DNA of 64,000 nt from Ignavibacteriales bacterium (lineage in GTDB: Bacteria; Bacillota; Clostridia; Acetivibrionales; UBA4821): assembly GCA_050260055.1 (NCBI GenBank), contig JBLNBO010000005.1, forward strand, positions 129,613-193,612, read 5' to 3'. The notes under the pieces were generated by a model. The model searched no databases, was not told where the DNA came from, and worked only from the letters and a program-made list of their open reading frames with translations. Numbering within the stretch: the first letter of the stretch is position 1; the number at the start of each line of letters is the position of its first letter. The translations under genes and the position numbers were made by a program. Of the stretch, positions 30,892 through 40,792 are shown piece by piece.

Positions 30892-32811
30892 ATGGGTTTT
30901 GAAGGTGATGTAATATTTACTAATGAAAGCAAGTGTCTTGGATGCAATAAATGCATAAGGAATTGTCCTGTTATGGGAGCAAACATTTCTTATTCTGTTG
31001 AAGGAAAAAATAAGGTAAAGGTTGACCAAACTAGGTGTATCAGATGCGGACGCTGTATTGAGGTTTGCGACCATGAAGGGCGCGAGTATTATGATGATAC
31101 GGAAAGGTTTTTTGCGGATTTGGCAGCTGGAAAGAAAATATCTATGGTTGCAGCACCTGCGGCAAGAACGAATTTTGAAAATCTTAAAAGGCTTTTCGGA
31201 TTTCTAAAAGCTGTCGGGGTTAATCTTATTTATGATGTATCCTTTGGTGCAGATGTAACAACCTGGGCGTATTTAAAAGCAGTGACAGCGAATAAACTAA
31301 ATACTATTGTTGCACAGCCATGTCCTGCTGTCGTAAACTATGTAGAAAAATACCAACCCGATTTAATTCCTTATATGGCACCTATTCACAGTCCGATGTT
31401 GTGCACAGTTGTTTATATGAGAACATATGATAAGGTTTCCGATGATATTGCCTTATTATCGCCTTGTATTGGTAAAATTGACGAAATAAACAATGAGAAT
31501 ACAGAAGGGTTGGTCCAGTATAATGTTACTTATAAAAAACTAAAGGAATACATAAACAAACATGGAATCAATCTTTCAAATTACAAAGAAGCAGGGTTTG
31601 ATGATATCGGATGCGGATTAGGCTTTGTATTCAGTAGACCTGGCGGGTTGAAAGAAAATGTTGATAACCGTGTTCCTGGGTTGTGGGTAAGGCAGATTGA
31701 GGGATGTGAAATTGCATATCCATATTTAAGAGAATATAGCCATAGAGTTAAAAGCGGACAGCCGGTTCCACTTCTAGTAGACATTCTGAACTGTCAGGAA
31801 GGATGTAATCTTGGAACAGGAACAGAAAAGAATATAAGCATTGATGATGTTGATTCAAAATTTAACTCAATGAAAAAGGTGAAAGTTAGTGAAAAGACTA
31901 AGAATATGATGAAAAAGAGACAAGACTGGCTGTATGATTATTTCGAAAAGAATCTAAAATGGCAAGATTTTATAAGGCATTATATTAAAATGCCTATTCA
32001 TGAAGTAAAAGAGCCTTCTGATCTTCAGCTAAATGAAATTTTCAATAAATTGCATAAGTATGACAGAGATTCAAGACAGCTTAACTGTTCCGCTTGTGGT
32101 TACGGTACATGTAAGGAGATGGTTAAGGCAATATTCAATGACCTGAATAATTATTCTAATTGTATGGATTTCAACCGCCGTGAGGTAGCAATTGATAATG
32201 AAAAACTTGAAGGCAAAAACAAAGAAGTAAATAAAGCCCTTCTAGAAGTCAAAGCTATGGGTGAAGAGAAACTGGCACAAGCTGATAAGTTGAAGCATCA
32301 CGTTGAAGATATTACCCGCTCTCTTGATGAAGTTGCAAAAGGCAATGAAGAAAATAGTATTGAAATAGGGCGTATCTCAAATGAAGTATCGGATATAGTA
32401 AATACTGCAAAAGTACTTCGTAAAAGCGTTAATGAGATGGAAAGCAAAATTAGGAAGTTCTCTGAAGCTTCATCGGAAATTGTTGACATTGCAAACCAAA
32501 CCAACCTACTTTCATTAAACGCTGCAATTGAAGCGGCAAGGGCAGGAGAAAATGGTATGGGTTTCTCCGTTGTTGCTGAAGAAGTCAGAAAGCTTGCTGC
32601 ACAATCAAAAGAAGTTGCTGCATCAACAAATTCAGACCAAAGAATGCTATTTGACCTTATTAAAGCAATACTTAATATATCTATAGAACTTGAAGAAAAG
32701 ATACATGCGATTAACGAATCTGTTGCTAATATGTCTGCTACAGTTGAAGAAGTAACAGCAAAAGGTGAAGAGATTGCATCTACTGCAATTAGCATAATTA
32801 AGAATAATTAA
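30892..32811 (+). CDS. soluble chemoreceptor: 2x[4Fe-4S] ferredoxin plus [FeFe]-hydrogenase-like H-domain plus Cx2Cx4Cx16C motif plus MCP signalling domain
   Basis: [12 protein letters not shown] and [11 protein letters not shown]; H-cluster-like motifs [27 protein letters not shown]; CSACGYGTC(x16)C; MCP tip [35 protein letters not shown]; no TM helix. Confidence 0.85.
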   Translation: MGFEGDVIFTNESKCLGCNKCIRNCPVMGANISYSVEGKNKVKVDQTRCIRCGRCIEVCDHEGREYYDDTERFFADLAAGKKISMVAAPAARTNFENLKRLFGFLKAVGVNLIYDVSFGADVTTWAYLKAVTANKLNTIVAQPCPAVVNYVEKYQPDLIPYMAPIHSPMLCTVVYMRTYDKVSDDIALLSPCIGKIDEINNENTEGLVQYNVTYKKLKEYINKHGINLSNYKEAGFDDIGCGLGFVFSRPGGLKENVDNRVPGLWVRQIEGCEIAYPYLREYSHRVKSGQPVPLLVDILNCQEGCNLGTGTEKNISIDDVDSKFNSMKKVKVSEKTKNMMKKRQDWLYDYFEKNLKWQDFIRHYIKMPIHEVKEPSDLQLNEIFNKLHKYDRDSRQLNCSACGYGTCKEMVKAIFNDLNNYSNCMDFNRREVAIDNEKLEGKNKEVNKALLEVKAMGEEKLAQADKLKHHVEDITRSLDEVAKGNEENSIEIGRISNEVSDIVNTAKVLRKSVNEMESKIRKFSEASSEIVDIANQTNLLSLNAAIEAARAGENGMGFSVVAEEVRKLAAQSKEVAASTNSDQRMLFDLIKAILNISIELEEKIHAINESVANMSATVEEVTAKGEEIASTAISIIKNN

Positions 32812-32821
32812 CCTTTTCCCT

Positions 32822-32859
32822 AAACGAAAAAAGAACCTTTCGAGGTTCTTTTTTCGTTT
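32822..32859. terminator. bidirectional terminator
   Basis: AAACGAAAAAAGAACCT-ttcg-AGGTTCTTTTTTCGTTT between convergent genes. Confidence 0.85.
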
Positions 32860-32862
32860 GCT

Positions 32863-33999
32863 TTAATCTAAAGATTTTTTAAATCTAAGGGTTGCAATCG
32901 ATAGAAGTACAACCATAAATATCAGGAGGGCTAGAACATTAGGCCATAAATACTGTATTCCTATTCCCTTAAGTATTATTCCTCTTGCAATATCAAGAAA
33001 ATAAGTAAGAGGAAGAAAATAACCAATTGCGCTGATTATCCAAGGCATGGCTGCTCTTGGGAACATAAAACCTGACAAAATAACGCTAGGAAGAATAATT
33101 AGTATTGTCATTTGCATTGCCTGTAATTGATTTTTAGCTATTGTAGATATAAGCATTCCCATTGCCAAGGATACGATAACAAACAAGAGCCCTAGAAGAA
33201 GTAAGAGAGATATACTTCCTGCAACAGGAACATTAAAAAGCAGTGAACCTAAGATAAAGGTGAAAAGAAAGCCTGTATATCCAATTAAAATATAGGGTAT
33301 CATTTTTCCAAGAATTAACTCTGATGATTTTACAGGAGTAACAATTAACTGCTCTATGGTGCTTCGCTCCTTTTCGCGTACCAATGCAAATGCTGTAAGC
33401 ATAACAGTTATATTTTGAAGTATCAAACCAATCAAGCCTGGAACATTAAACTTTGCGCTTTCTAAATTCGGATTATACCAAACCTTAGTAGCAAGGTCGA
33501 TTCCGGGCGACGATTGAATACCTGAAGCTCCTCGTTTGGCGAGAAACTTCTGTTTCTGTTCCAGTGAATACATTTGAGATATTATGATGCCTGAGTTCAT
33601 TGCTGTTCTTGCAGTAGTGGGATCAGAGCCATCAATAATCAACTGTGTGCGAGGCGTTTTATTCTTTTTCAAATCCATAGTATAATCAGGAGGAATTATT
33701 ATCCCCGCTTTTACCCTTCCGCTTTCGATAAGCTCAACAAGCTCATTTTCGCTGGATACCTGATATTCCGGAATGAAATAAGTTGACACTCTGAATTTAT
33801 CAACATATTCACGGCTTTCCTGGGTTTTATTCTGGTCAAAGACTGCGAGGGTGATATTATCAACATCAGGCTTTACTGCATATCCAAAAAGAATAAGCAT
33901 CATAATCGGCATGATTATTGGTATTCGCATGCTGAATTTATCGCGGCGAATCTGAATGAATTCCTTTTTAACTATAGCCCAAAAGCGTTGAAGATTCAT
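32863..33999 (-). CDS. ABC-2 type transporter permease
   Basis: N-terminal TM, large extracytoplasmic loop, then 5 TM; 4-nt overlap with the upstream ATPase gene. Confidence 0.85.
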   Translation of the reverse strand: MNLQRFWAIVKKEFIQIRRDKFSMRIPIIMPIMMLILFGYAVKPDVDNITLAVFDQNKTQESREYVDKFRVSTYFIPEYQVSSENELVELIESGRVKAGIIIPPDYTMDLKKNKTPRTQLIIDGSDPTTARTAMNSGIIISQMYSLEQKQKFLAKRGASGIQSSPGIDLATKVWYNPNLESAKFNVPGLIGLILQNITVMLTAFALVREKERSTIEQLIVTPVKSSELILGKMIPYILIGYTGFLFTFILGSLLFNVPVAGSISLLLLLGLLFVIVSLAMGMLISTIAKNQLQAMQMTILIILPSVILSGFMFPRAAMPWIISAIGYFLPLTYFLDIARGIILKGIGIQYLWPNVLALLIFMVVLLSIATLRFKKSLD

Positions 34000-34787
34000 G
34001 ATTCACCTCCTGGGCTATCTTTTAAGAACTTCATATCTTGATAAGAAGATACTTTTTTATTTGTGGCTTTTTCAACATATGAAATAAATATATCCTCAAG
34101 ATTATTGGCTTTTTCCTCTTCTATTAGCTGTTTTGGAGGCGCAATCTTCATTAAATTGCCGTTGAATATAAATCCTACTTCATCACAGCTTTCAGCTTCA
34201 TCCATATAGTGAGTTGTTACGAAAATCGTAATTCCTTGTGTCGAGAGTTGGTGGATGATTTGCCAAAAAACCCTTCTTGAGACAGGATCGACGCCTGCTG
34301 TTGGTTCGTCAAGAATCAGGATTTTAGGCTTATGAATCAAAGCACAGCCTAAGGCAAGTCTTTGCTTCCAACCTCCGGAAAGAGTTCCTGCAAGGTTGTT
34401 TTCTTTACCATCAAGGCCTGCCATGGAGATTAGTTCTTTTTTTCTATCTTGAAGAACTTCTTTTGACAACGAATAAATGCCCGCATAAAAATCCAAGTTC
34501 TCTGCAACCGTTAAATCTTCATAAAGGCTGAAACGCTGGGACATATAACCAAGATTCTGGCGAACCTTTTCAGTATCTTTAACAATATCGTTTCCAAGAA
34601 CAGTTCCGCTTCCTGATGTAGGCCTCAGAACCCCGCAAATCATTCTAATTGTTGTTGATTTGCCAGAACCATTAGGCCCTAAAAAGCCAAAAATGCTTCC
34701 TTTTTTAACATTGAAGCTTATATCATTGACAGCGGTAAAATCACCGAATTTTTTTGTTAAGTTTTTTACAATAACAGCATAATCCAT
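33996..34787 (-). CDS. ABC transporter ATP-binding protein
   Basis: Walker A GPNGSGKST, signature LSGGWKQRL, Walker B ILILDEPT. Confidence 0.93.
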   Translation of the reverse strand: MDYAVIVKNLTKKFGDFTAVNDISFNVKKGSIFGFLGPNGSGKSTTIRMICGVLRPTSGSGTVLGNDIVKDTEKVRQNLGYMSQRFSLYEDLTVAENLDFYAGIYSLSKEVLQDRKKELISMAGLDGKENNLAGTLSGGWKQRLALGCALIHKPKILILDEPTAGVDPVSRRVFWQIIHQLSTQGITIFVTTHYMDEAESCDEVGFIFNGNLMKIAPPKQLIEEEKANNLEDIFISYVEKATNKKVSSYQDMKFLKDSPGGES

Positions 34788-34887
34788 CTGTTTACCTCCG
34801 GAAATTTGTTGCCAGTGTGTAGTTTAAGAGTAAAAATTTGTTGTGAAATATTTATTATTCAATACTAGTTTTAAAATAAAAATTTTG

Positions 34888-36039
34888 CTATATTTCAACT
34901 TCTGCAGTCATTCCCGGTCTTAATATATTTAAATGATCCATAATCTTTACTTTAACTTCAAAAACAGTATTTTCCTTTGCCTCTACAGTCTCTATGTTTT
35001 TTGGAGTGAATTCAGCCTTTGAAGAAACATAAGTTATCTTTCCCATGATTTTTTCTTTTGGAAATGCTTTTGTTTTGATTATCAAAGAAGAACCTACGCC
35101 AATTTTATGCTTATACCTCTCAGGAATATAAAATTTGAGCCACAAATCATTTTCATCCAAAATAGAAGCGATATTTGTTCCGGGAAATACAACTTCTCCG
35201 ATATCTACATAAGAAGGCTGTATTCTCCCTGTGATAGGTGATTTAACATTAAACTTTTCAAGCTGTAATTTTGCAAGCATTGCAGCATCTTCAGCCTGCT
35301 TTACGCCTGCTTCGCTAATAGTAATAGTTTCTTTGGTTGAACCGTTTTTTACAAGGTCTAATTGAGCCTTAGTCTGCTGATAAGCTGCTTCTGCAGCTTT
35401 GATTGCTTCAGATGTAGGGCCGCTAACTAACAAATCGAGCTGAGACTGAGCTGATTTTAACTGTTCCTTTGCTGTATTGAATTGAGTTAATGCACTTTCT
35501 GTAAGATTCTCCAAGTCATTGACGTTTTGCTGTGAAGTGCCGCCGTATTCTAATAGTTCTCTAGCTTTTTCAAGGTTATCAAGCCTATAGTTATAAGTTT
35601 TTTCTGCAAAAGAAACTGCTGTTTTTGCTTGCTCCACTACAGAGCGAGCCTGGTTAATTTGTTCCTTCCTTGAGCCGGATCTTAGTTCATCAAGCTTGGC
35701 TTTAGCTGCATTGACAGCTGCTTGAGCTTGATTTATCTGTTCGATTCTAGAGCCCTTCTTGGTTTCTGCTAATTTTGCTTTTGCTGATAAAACGCCTGCT
35801 TCGGCTTGCTTAAGTTGTAATTCTGCAGAAGAAGAATCAAGAAAGACCAAAGTATCGCCTTTTTTTACATTCTGACCCTCTTGAAAATTTATTTTAAGAA
35901 TCTTACCATTTACTTCAGAGTTAATGTCAACTTGAGTTGATTCAATGGTGGATGAGAAAACAAGTCTTTGCTGATTACAGCCAGTAAGCGCGAAGATTAT
36001 TGATAAAATGATTACAATTATGGATACTGTTTTCTTCAT
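34888..36039 (-). CDS. HlyD-family membrane fusion / periplasmic adaptor protein
   Basis: Lipoprotein-like signal (LTGC), long coiled-coil with repeated SG-SR-EQINQA segments, C-terminal beta-barrel. Confidence 0.85.
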   Translation of the reverse strand: MKKTVSIIVIILSIIFALTGCNQQRLVFSSTIESTQVDINSEVNGKILKINFQEGQNVKKGDTLVFLDSSSAELQLKQAEAGVLSAKAKLAETKKGSRIEQINQAQAAVNAAKAKLDELRSGSRKEQINQARSVVEQAKTAVSFAEKTYNYRLDNLEKARELLEYGGTSQQNVNDLENLTESALTQFNTAKEQLKSAQSQLDLLVSGPTSEAIKAAEAAYQQTKAQLDLVKNGSTKETITISEAGVKQAEDAAMLAKLQLEKFNVKSPITGRIQPSYVDIGEVVFPGTNIASILDENDLWLKFYIPERYKHKIGVGSSLIIKTKAFPKEKIMGKITYVSSKAEFTPKNIETVEAKENTVFEVKVKIMDHLNILRPGMTAEVEI

Positions 36040-36098
36040 AATCGGCCTCCATTCTAATTATGATTTTATAGAATATAGCTTATAAAGTATTAATAGTA

Positions 36099-36728
36099 TC
36101 ATTTGCTTATAGATTCTGCGGAAATTCCATTCATAAGTACATCAACAGTGTTTTCTATTTCTCGATTTAATTCTTCTGGAGTCAGTTTTATATTAAAAAT
36201 CTGCTGGTAAACAATCATCATCATAAATGAGCCTACAAACAATCTTAACGCAGAAAGCCTATCACAATCCCTCAATTTATTTTCCATTACCATGTTGTCA
36301 AAGAATTTTTCGAAAGATGGCTTTACTCTCATTATTATATTGTCCCTTAATGATTCTCTAATATCCTCATGAAATAGTGCTTCAGCAAAAACCGTTTTTA
36401 TGATAGGAAGCTTGGGAGATATGAAGGATACACGTTCCTTTAATATCTCAACAAGTATTTCTTTTGCAGATTTATTATTATAATTTGAAAGAATCTCGAT
36501 TGGCTTTGATACAACCTCAGGTGCAATAACTTCGATTGCTTTTATCATTATTTTTCTTAAGATGTCTTTTTTTGTACTAAAATATCGGAAAATGGTTCCT
36601 TCAGCTACACCAGCTTCTTTGGCAATTTCACTGGTTGTTGCAGAAGCGAATCCTTTCTCTGAAAATATCTTTAATGCTGCATCAAGTATTTGTTGTTCTT
36701 TAGTTTCTTTAGGTTTTTGCTTTGCCAT
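36099..36728 (-). CDS. TetR/AcrR family transcriptional regulator
   Basis: N-terminal HTH (ILDAALKIFSEKGFASATTSEIAKEAGVAEGTIFRYF); ATG 36728 follows GAAAGGTGA. Confidence 0.9.
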   Translation of the reverse strand: MAKQKPKETKEQQILDAALKIFSEKGFASATTSEIAKEAGVAEGTIFRYFSTKKDILRKIMIKAIEVIAPEVVSKPIEILSNYNNKSAKEILVEILKERVSFISPKLPIIKTVFAEALFHEDIRESLRDNIIMRVKPSFEKFFDNMVMENKLRDCDRLSALRLFVGSFMMMIVYQQIFNIKLTPEELNREIENTVDVLMNGISAESISK

Positions 36729-36750
36729 AATTTTCACCTTTCAAAAAATG

Positions 36751-36764
36751 AGTGAGTGCTCACT
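36751..36764. promoter_or_regulatory. candidate TetR operator palindrome
   Basis: AGTGAG-tg-CTCACT, 23 nt upstream of the TetR start, in the divergent intergenic region. Confidence 0.4.
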
Positions 36765-36856
36765 TTTATTATAACATTATTGGAAATTATATTCAATCTT
36801 GATACTTATCTTGTATATATTATTTTTTATTTAACAAAATATTAGTGGTGAAGACA

Positions 36857-37207
36857 ATGAATCATATCAAAAGTTTTATTATTGGACTATTAGCGGGAAT
36901 TGTAAACGGGTTGTTCGGCTCTGGAGGGGGTGTAATTGTAGTTCCTGCTCTTACAGCTTTTTTTAATATTGAGCAATATAAGGCACATGCTACTGCAATT
37001 GCAATTATTCTTCCAATAACCCTTGTAAGCTCTTATTTCTACATTCAAGGGAAATACATTAATTTTAACCTTGCATTATGGGTTGCAATCGGAGGTATTA
37101 TTGGTGGATTTATAGGAGCAGCTCTGCTTAAAAAGATACCTTCCCGTATTCTAAGAATTATTTTTGGAGTTTTTATGCTGATTGCAGCTGTAAGAATGAT
37201 ACTTTAG
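36857..37207 (+). CDS. TauE/SafE (TSUP) family permease, N-terminal half-size ORF
   Basis: 4 TM; GLLAGIVNGLFGSGGGVIVVP motif typical of TSUP repeats. Confidence 0.75.
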   Translation: MNHIKSFIIGLLAGIVNGLFGSGGGVIVVPALTAFFNIEQYKAHATAIAIILPITLVSSYFYIQGKYINFNLALWVAIGGIIGGFIGAALLKKIPSRILRIIFGVFMLIAAVRMIL

Positions 37208-37215
37208 AAGTGTAA

Positions 37216-37240
37216 AGTTAACAGATGACAGTTGATAGTG
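37216..37240. repeat. GTTGACAGTT-family degenerate repeat in the gap that splits the TSUP gene
   Basis: AGTTAACAGATGACAGTTGATAGTG directly after the stop of the first half. Confidence 0.5.
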
Positions 37241-37375
37241 AAGACCAAGAATACAGAGTAATGTAGGGACCATACCTTGTGGTTGCCTATATTAATTATC
37301 AAGGACTTTGCAAGGAGTTGAAAAGGTATAATTATTGCATTAATTATAGGGATAGCGGCTGGAATTATTAGCGGA

Positions 37376-37705
37376 ATGGGTATTGGGGGAGGAACAATTT
37401 TGATTCCTGCCTTAGTAATATTCTTGGGCATAGAACAGCATAATGCGCAGGGTGTAAATCTTGCTTTTTTCATACCTACAGCGGTTGCTGCTTTGATAAT
37501 TCATATAAAAAACAAAAACATTCATCTAAAAACTGCTTCCCAGATTATTATATGGGGTATTATAGGTGCTGTTCTAGGGGCCTATATTGCTGTTTCGATT
37601 CCTTCGTTAATATTAAAAAAAATGTTTGGCTTTTTCATGCTTTTCATGGGAATTTATGAAATATTTAAAGGTGCAAAAACAAAGAGTGAAAAAACTATAA
37701 ATTAA
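37376..37705 (+). CDS. TauE/SafE (TSUP) family permease, C-terminal half-size ORF (start ambiguous, possible frameshift)
   Basis: GIGGGTILIPALV motif. The in-frame sequence upstream (from 37322, KGIIIALIIGIAAGIISG) looks like the missing first helix but has no canonical in-frame start. Confidence 0.65.
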   Translation: MGIGGGTILIPALVIFLGIEQHNAQGVNLAFFIPTAVAALIIHIKNKNIHLKTASQIIIWGIIGAVLGAYIAVSIPSLILKKMFGFFMLFMGIYEIFKGAKTKSEKTIN

Positions 37706-37966
37706 TACCCGATTCCTACAACCGCTAATACTTTTAAAAGCGGTAGTACGTCACGTGGATAACGGTCTCTAATATTCAGGATAAAAATCCTGAACATAAG
37801 AGTCCTGTTTATTGACGTTCTAATATAGCTGGGTTATAATACCAGCATAATATATCTTAAGTTCTAATTGATAGTGTAGATAAGCTATGAGACTTATTAA
37901 AATATAGTTCTAGATTTTTTAACTATCATCTTTACACTGTCGACTATCTTAAAGGGGGGCACACCT

Positions 37967-39118
37967 ATGAAAAAAGACAAACTCCTTATGACTCCAGGAC
38001 CTACTATGATTCCACCTAGCGTACTTGAAAAATTAGGCAAACAAATCATTCATCACAGGACAAAAGAATTCGGAGCAATATTTACCGAATTTAACGATAA
38101 TCTAAAGTTTGTTTTCCAAACCAAAAACCATGTTCTTACTTTTGCATCTTCAGGAACAGGCGCTATGGAATCTGCCATAGCTAATTTATTCTCTGTTGGG
38201 GATAAGGTTATTGTTGCCAGTATAGGAAACTTTGGTGATAGGTTTGCAAAGATTGCGGCTGCTTTTGGGCTTGATGTAGATAAAATAGCAGTTGAGTGGG
38301 GAGGAGCAGTGGACCCACAGATTATTGAAGATAAACTGAAAGAAGATAAGGAAGATAAAATTAAGGCGGTAATTGTAACCCATAATGAAACATCAACTGG
38401 TGTTTCAAATGATATTGAAACCATAGCCAAAATTGTTTCTAAAACGAATAAGATTTTTATTATAGATGCCATAAGCTCTATTGGCGGTCTTGATATACAA
38501 ACCGACAACTGGGGAATTGATGTTGTAATAGGATCTTCGCAGAAAGCATTAATGGCACCACCAGGGCTTGCATTTGCAAGTGTAAGTGAAAAGGCGTGGG
38601 AAGCACATAAAAATTCAAAGCTTCCAAAATTCTATTGGAATTATAGTGCATATAGGAAGGTATTGGAGCAGGATTCGCCTGATACTCCATATACGCCTGC
38701 TATTTCATTAATAATTGCCCAGAATGAGGCTATTAAACTTATTAAAGAAGAAGGATTGCAAAATGTGTTTAAAAGACATAAAAAGCTTGCACTTGCAACC
38801 CAGGCGGGAGTTGAGGCACTTGGACTTGAACTTCTGCCGGATAAGAAGGTTTCGTCATATATCATTACAGCCATAAAAGCTCCTGAAGGCATAGATATAG
38901 AGAATGTAAGAAAAATAATGAACAATAAATATGACATAATGGTAACAGGAGGTCAACAGCACTTAAAAGGAAAAATCTTAAGGATAGGTCACTGTGGATT
39001 TGTAGATAAGTTTGATTTGATAAAGGCATTTACAGCCTTGGAATATTCACTGCAAGAATGCGGTTATCAATTTGAGTTAGGAAAAGGAGTAACTTCGGTA
39101 GAAAAGGTATTAGTTTAG
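37967..39118 (+). CDS. class V aminotransferase (serine-pyruvate / AGXT-type phosphoserine aminotransferase)
   Basis: MTPGPT N-terminus, SQKALMAPPG PLP-lysine motif; 383 aa; immediately upstream of serA. Confidence 0.8.
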   Translation: MKKDKLLMTPGPTMIPPSVLEKLGKQIIHHRTKEFGAIFTEFNDNLKFVFQTKNHVLTFASSGTGAMESAIANLFSVGDKVIVASIGNFGDRFAKIAAAFGLDVDKIAVEWGGAVDPQIIEDKLKEDKEDKIKAVIVTHNETSTGVSNDIETIAKIVSKTNKIFIIDAISSIGGLDIQTDNWGIDVVIGSSQKALMAPPGLAFASVSEKAWEAHKNSKLPKFYWNYSAYRKVLEQDSPDTPYTPAISLIIAQNEAIKLIKEEGLQNVFKRHKKLALATQAGVEALGLELLPDKKVSSYIITAIKAPEGIDIENVRKIMNNKYDIMVTGGQQHLKGKILRIGHCGFVDKFDLIKAFTALEYSLQECGYQFELGKGVTSVEKVLV

Positions 39119-39140
39119 AATTATTTGGGGGTATTTGATT

Positions 39141-40748
39141 ATGAAGGTACTAATCTCAGAAAAAATTGCGCAAGAAGGAATTGAAATAATAAACAAGACC
39201 GCAGAGGCTGATGCGAAATATGGGCTGACCAAAGAGCAGATTCTTGATATAATTCCAGAATACGATGCAATAATAGTCAGGAGTGCTACCCAGGTTGATG
39301 CTGAGCTAATTGAAAAAGGAATAAATCTTAAAGTCATCGGAAGGGCAGGAACCGGAGTAGATAACGTTGATATTGAGACAGCTACGAAAAAGGGAATAAT
39401 GGTTGTAAACACTCCGGAAGGAAACTCAAACGCAGCGGCTGAACTTGCAATAGGCATGATTTTTGCGGCTTGCAGGCATATTCCACAGGCATATATGAGT
39501 TGTAAAAATGGAGATTTCAGAAGAGGAAAGTTTAAAGGGATTGAGCTTGAAGGGAAAACCCTTGGTGTAATCGGATTGGGAAGAATTGGTTCGATAGTTG
39601 CGTCAAGGCTTAAAACTTTTAATATGAGGGTGCTTGCTTATGACCCATATATCTCTGAGGAAAGGTTGAACAAGGTTGGGGCAGAAAAGTGTGAAACCAT
39701 CGAAGACCTCTTGCAGCAGTCCGATATAGTAACACTGCATATGCCAAAGATTGAAGGCACAGTAAATCTTATTGATGAGAAAAGAATCAATATGATGAAA
39801 AAGGATGCCGTATTAATCAATTGTGCTCGTGGAGGGTTGATTGATGAAAATGCATTGTATACTGCATTAAAAGAAGGAAAGCTTGGTGCTGCTGGCTTGG
39901 ATGTGCTTGAAGACGAACCGAACTTTGAAGCAAAACCTGGTGAGCAGGATTATAAAAATCCGCTTATGGAATTGGATAATGTTATTTTTACTCCACATTT
40001 GGGAGCATCCACACTTGAAGCACAATATAATGTCGGCATAATGGTAGCGCAGCAGGTTTCTTCAGCACTGCAGGGCGAAATCGTCAGTGCGGTTAATCTT
40101 CCTACGCTAAGGGTAAAAGATATTAATGAAATAAGGCCTTATATCGAACTTGCAGAAAAGATGGGCAAGATATATTTTCAGGTAGAAAAATCCCCTGTTG
40201 AAAAGATTGAAATGCTTTACAGCGGCGAGATTGCAGAAAAGGAAACAAAGATTATCACTCTTGCATTTTTAAAAGGCTTTTTAGAGCCAATAATCGAAGA
40301 TGAGCAGATTAACTTTGTTAATGTTGAAATGCTTGTTAAATCTAGAGGTATAAAGGTTGTTGAATCAAAATCAACAACAAGTGAAAGGTTTACCAGCCTT
40401 GTATCTGCAAATTTAATAACTAAGGAGAAAACCCTATCGCTTAGCGGTACTGTGTTTGGAAGGGATGAAGTGAGGTTGGTCGACTTTTTTGGTTATCATA
40501 TGGATTATGAACCTGAAACATCATATGCTATTGCCATTCAAAATCTTGATAAGCCTGGGATAATTGGCAGTATTGGGACAATACTGGGACAGGAAAATGT
40601 TAATATTGCTTCGATGAGGCTTAGTAGAAATAGAAAAGGTGAAAAAGCTGAAGCTTTCTTGGGTATAGATAATGAGGTATCCGATCAAGTCTTAAATAAA
40701 GTAAGAGAGGTTGACGGAATACTTAAGGCAAGCTTGATAAGGTTTTAA
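39141..40748 (+). CDS. serA: D-3-phosphoglycerate dehydrogenase (long form with ASB and ACT domains)
   Basis: GIIGLGRIGS NAD motif, NCARGG, TPHLGAST, C-terminal ACT (NLDKPGIIGSIGTILG). Confidence 0.92.
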   Translation: MKVLISEKIAQEGIEIINKTAEADAKYGLTKEQILDIIPEYDAIIVRSATQVDAELIEKGINLKVIGRAGTGVDNVDIETATKKGIMVVNTPEGNSNAAAELAIGMIFAACRHIPQAYMSCKNGDFRRGKFKGIELEGKTLGVIGLGRIGSIVASRLKTFNMRVLAYDPYISEERLNKVGAEKCETIEDLLQQSDIVTLHMPKIEGTVNLIDEKRINMMKKDAVLINCARGGLIDENALYTALKEGKLGAAGLDVLEDEPNFEAKPGEQDYKNPLMELDNVIFTPHLGASTLEAQYNVGIMVAQQVSSALQGEIVSAVNLPTLRVKDINEIRPYIELAEKMGKIYFQVEKSPVEKIEMLYSGEIAEKETKIITLAFLKGFLEPIIEDEQINFVNVEMLVKSRGIKVVESKSTTSERFTSLVSANLITKEKTLSLSGTVFGRDEVRLVDFFGYHMDYEPETSYAIAIQNLDKPGIIGSIGTILGQENVNIASMRLSRNRKGEKAEAFLGIDNEVSDQVLNKVREVDGILKASLIRF

Positions 40749-40750
40749 TT

Positions 40751-40792
40751 AAACAAAAAAGGAGGCAAATTTATTTGCCTCCTTTTTTGTTT
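40751..40792. terminator. bidirectional terminator
   Basis: AAACAAAAAAGGAGGCAAAT-tt-ATTTGCCTCCTTTTTTGTTT between convergent serA and the DUF1015 gene. Confidence 0.9.

Noticed and set aside
32298-32795. 165-aa minus-strand ORF
   Set aside because: Antisense to the highly conserved MCP signalling domain; an open-frame artefact of Ala/Glu-rich coding sequence.
37204-37473. 89-aa minus-strand ORF spanning the TSUP gap
   Set aside because: Mostly antisense to the second TSUP half; Ile/Pro/Ala-rich mirror of a membrane-protein frame.
37706-37966. Possible T-box or other leader upstream of the serine biosynthesis genes
   Set aside because: Two small hairpins are present (ACCGCT..AGCGGT and TTCAGGA-taaaaa-TCCTGAA). 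There is no T-box consensus (no GGTGGTACCGCG-like sequence) and no terminator with a T-run.
39110-39457. 115-aa minus-strand ORF
   Set aside because: Antisense to the serA N-terminus; no RBS and biased composition.
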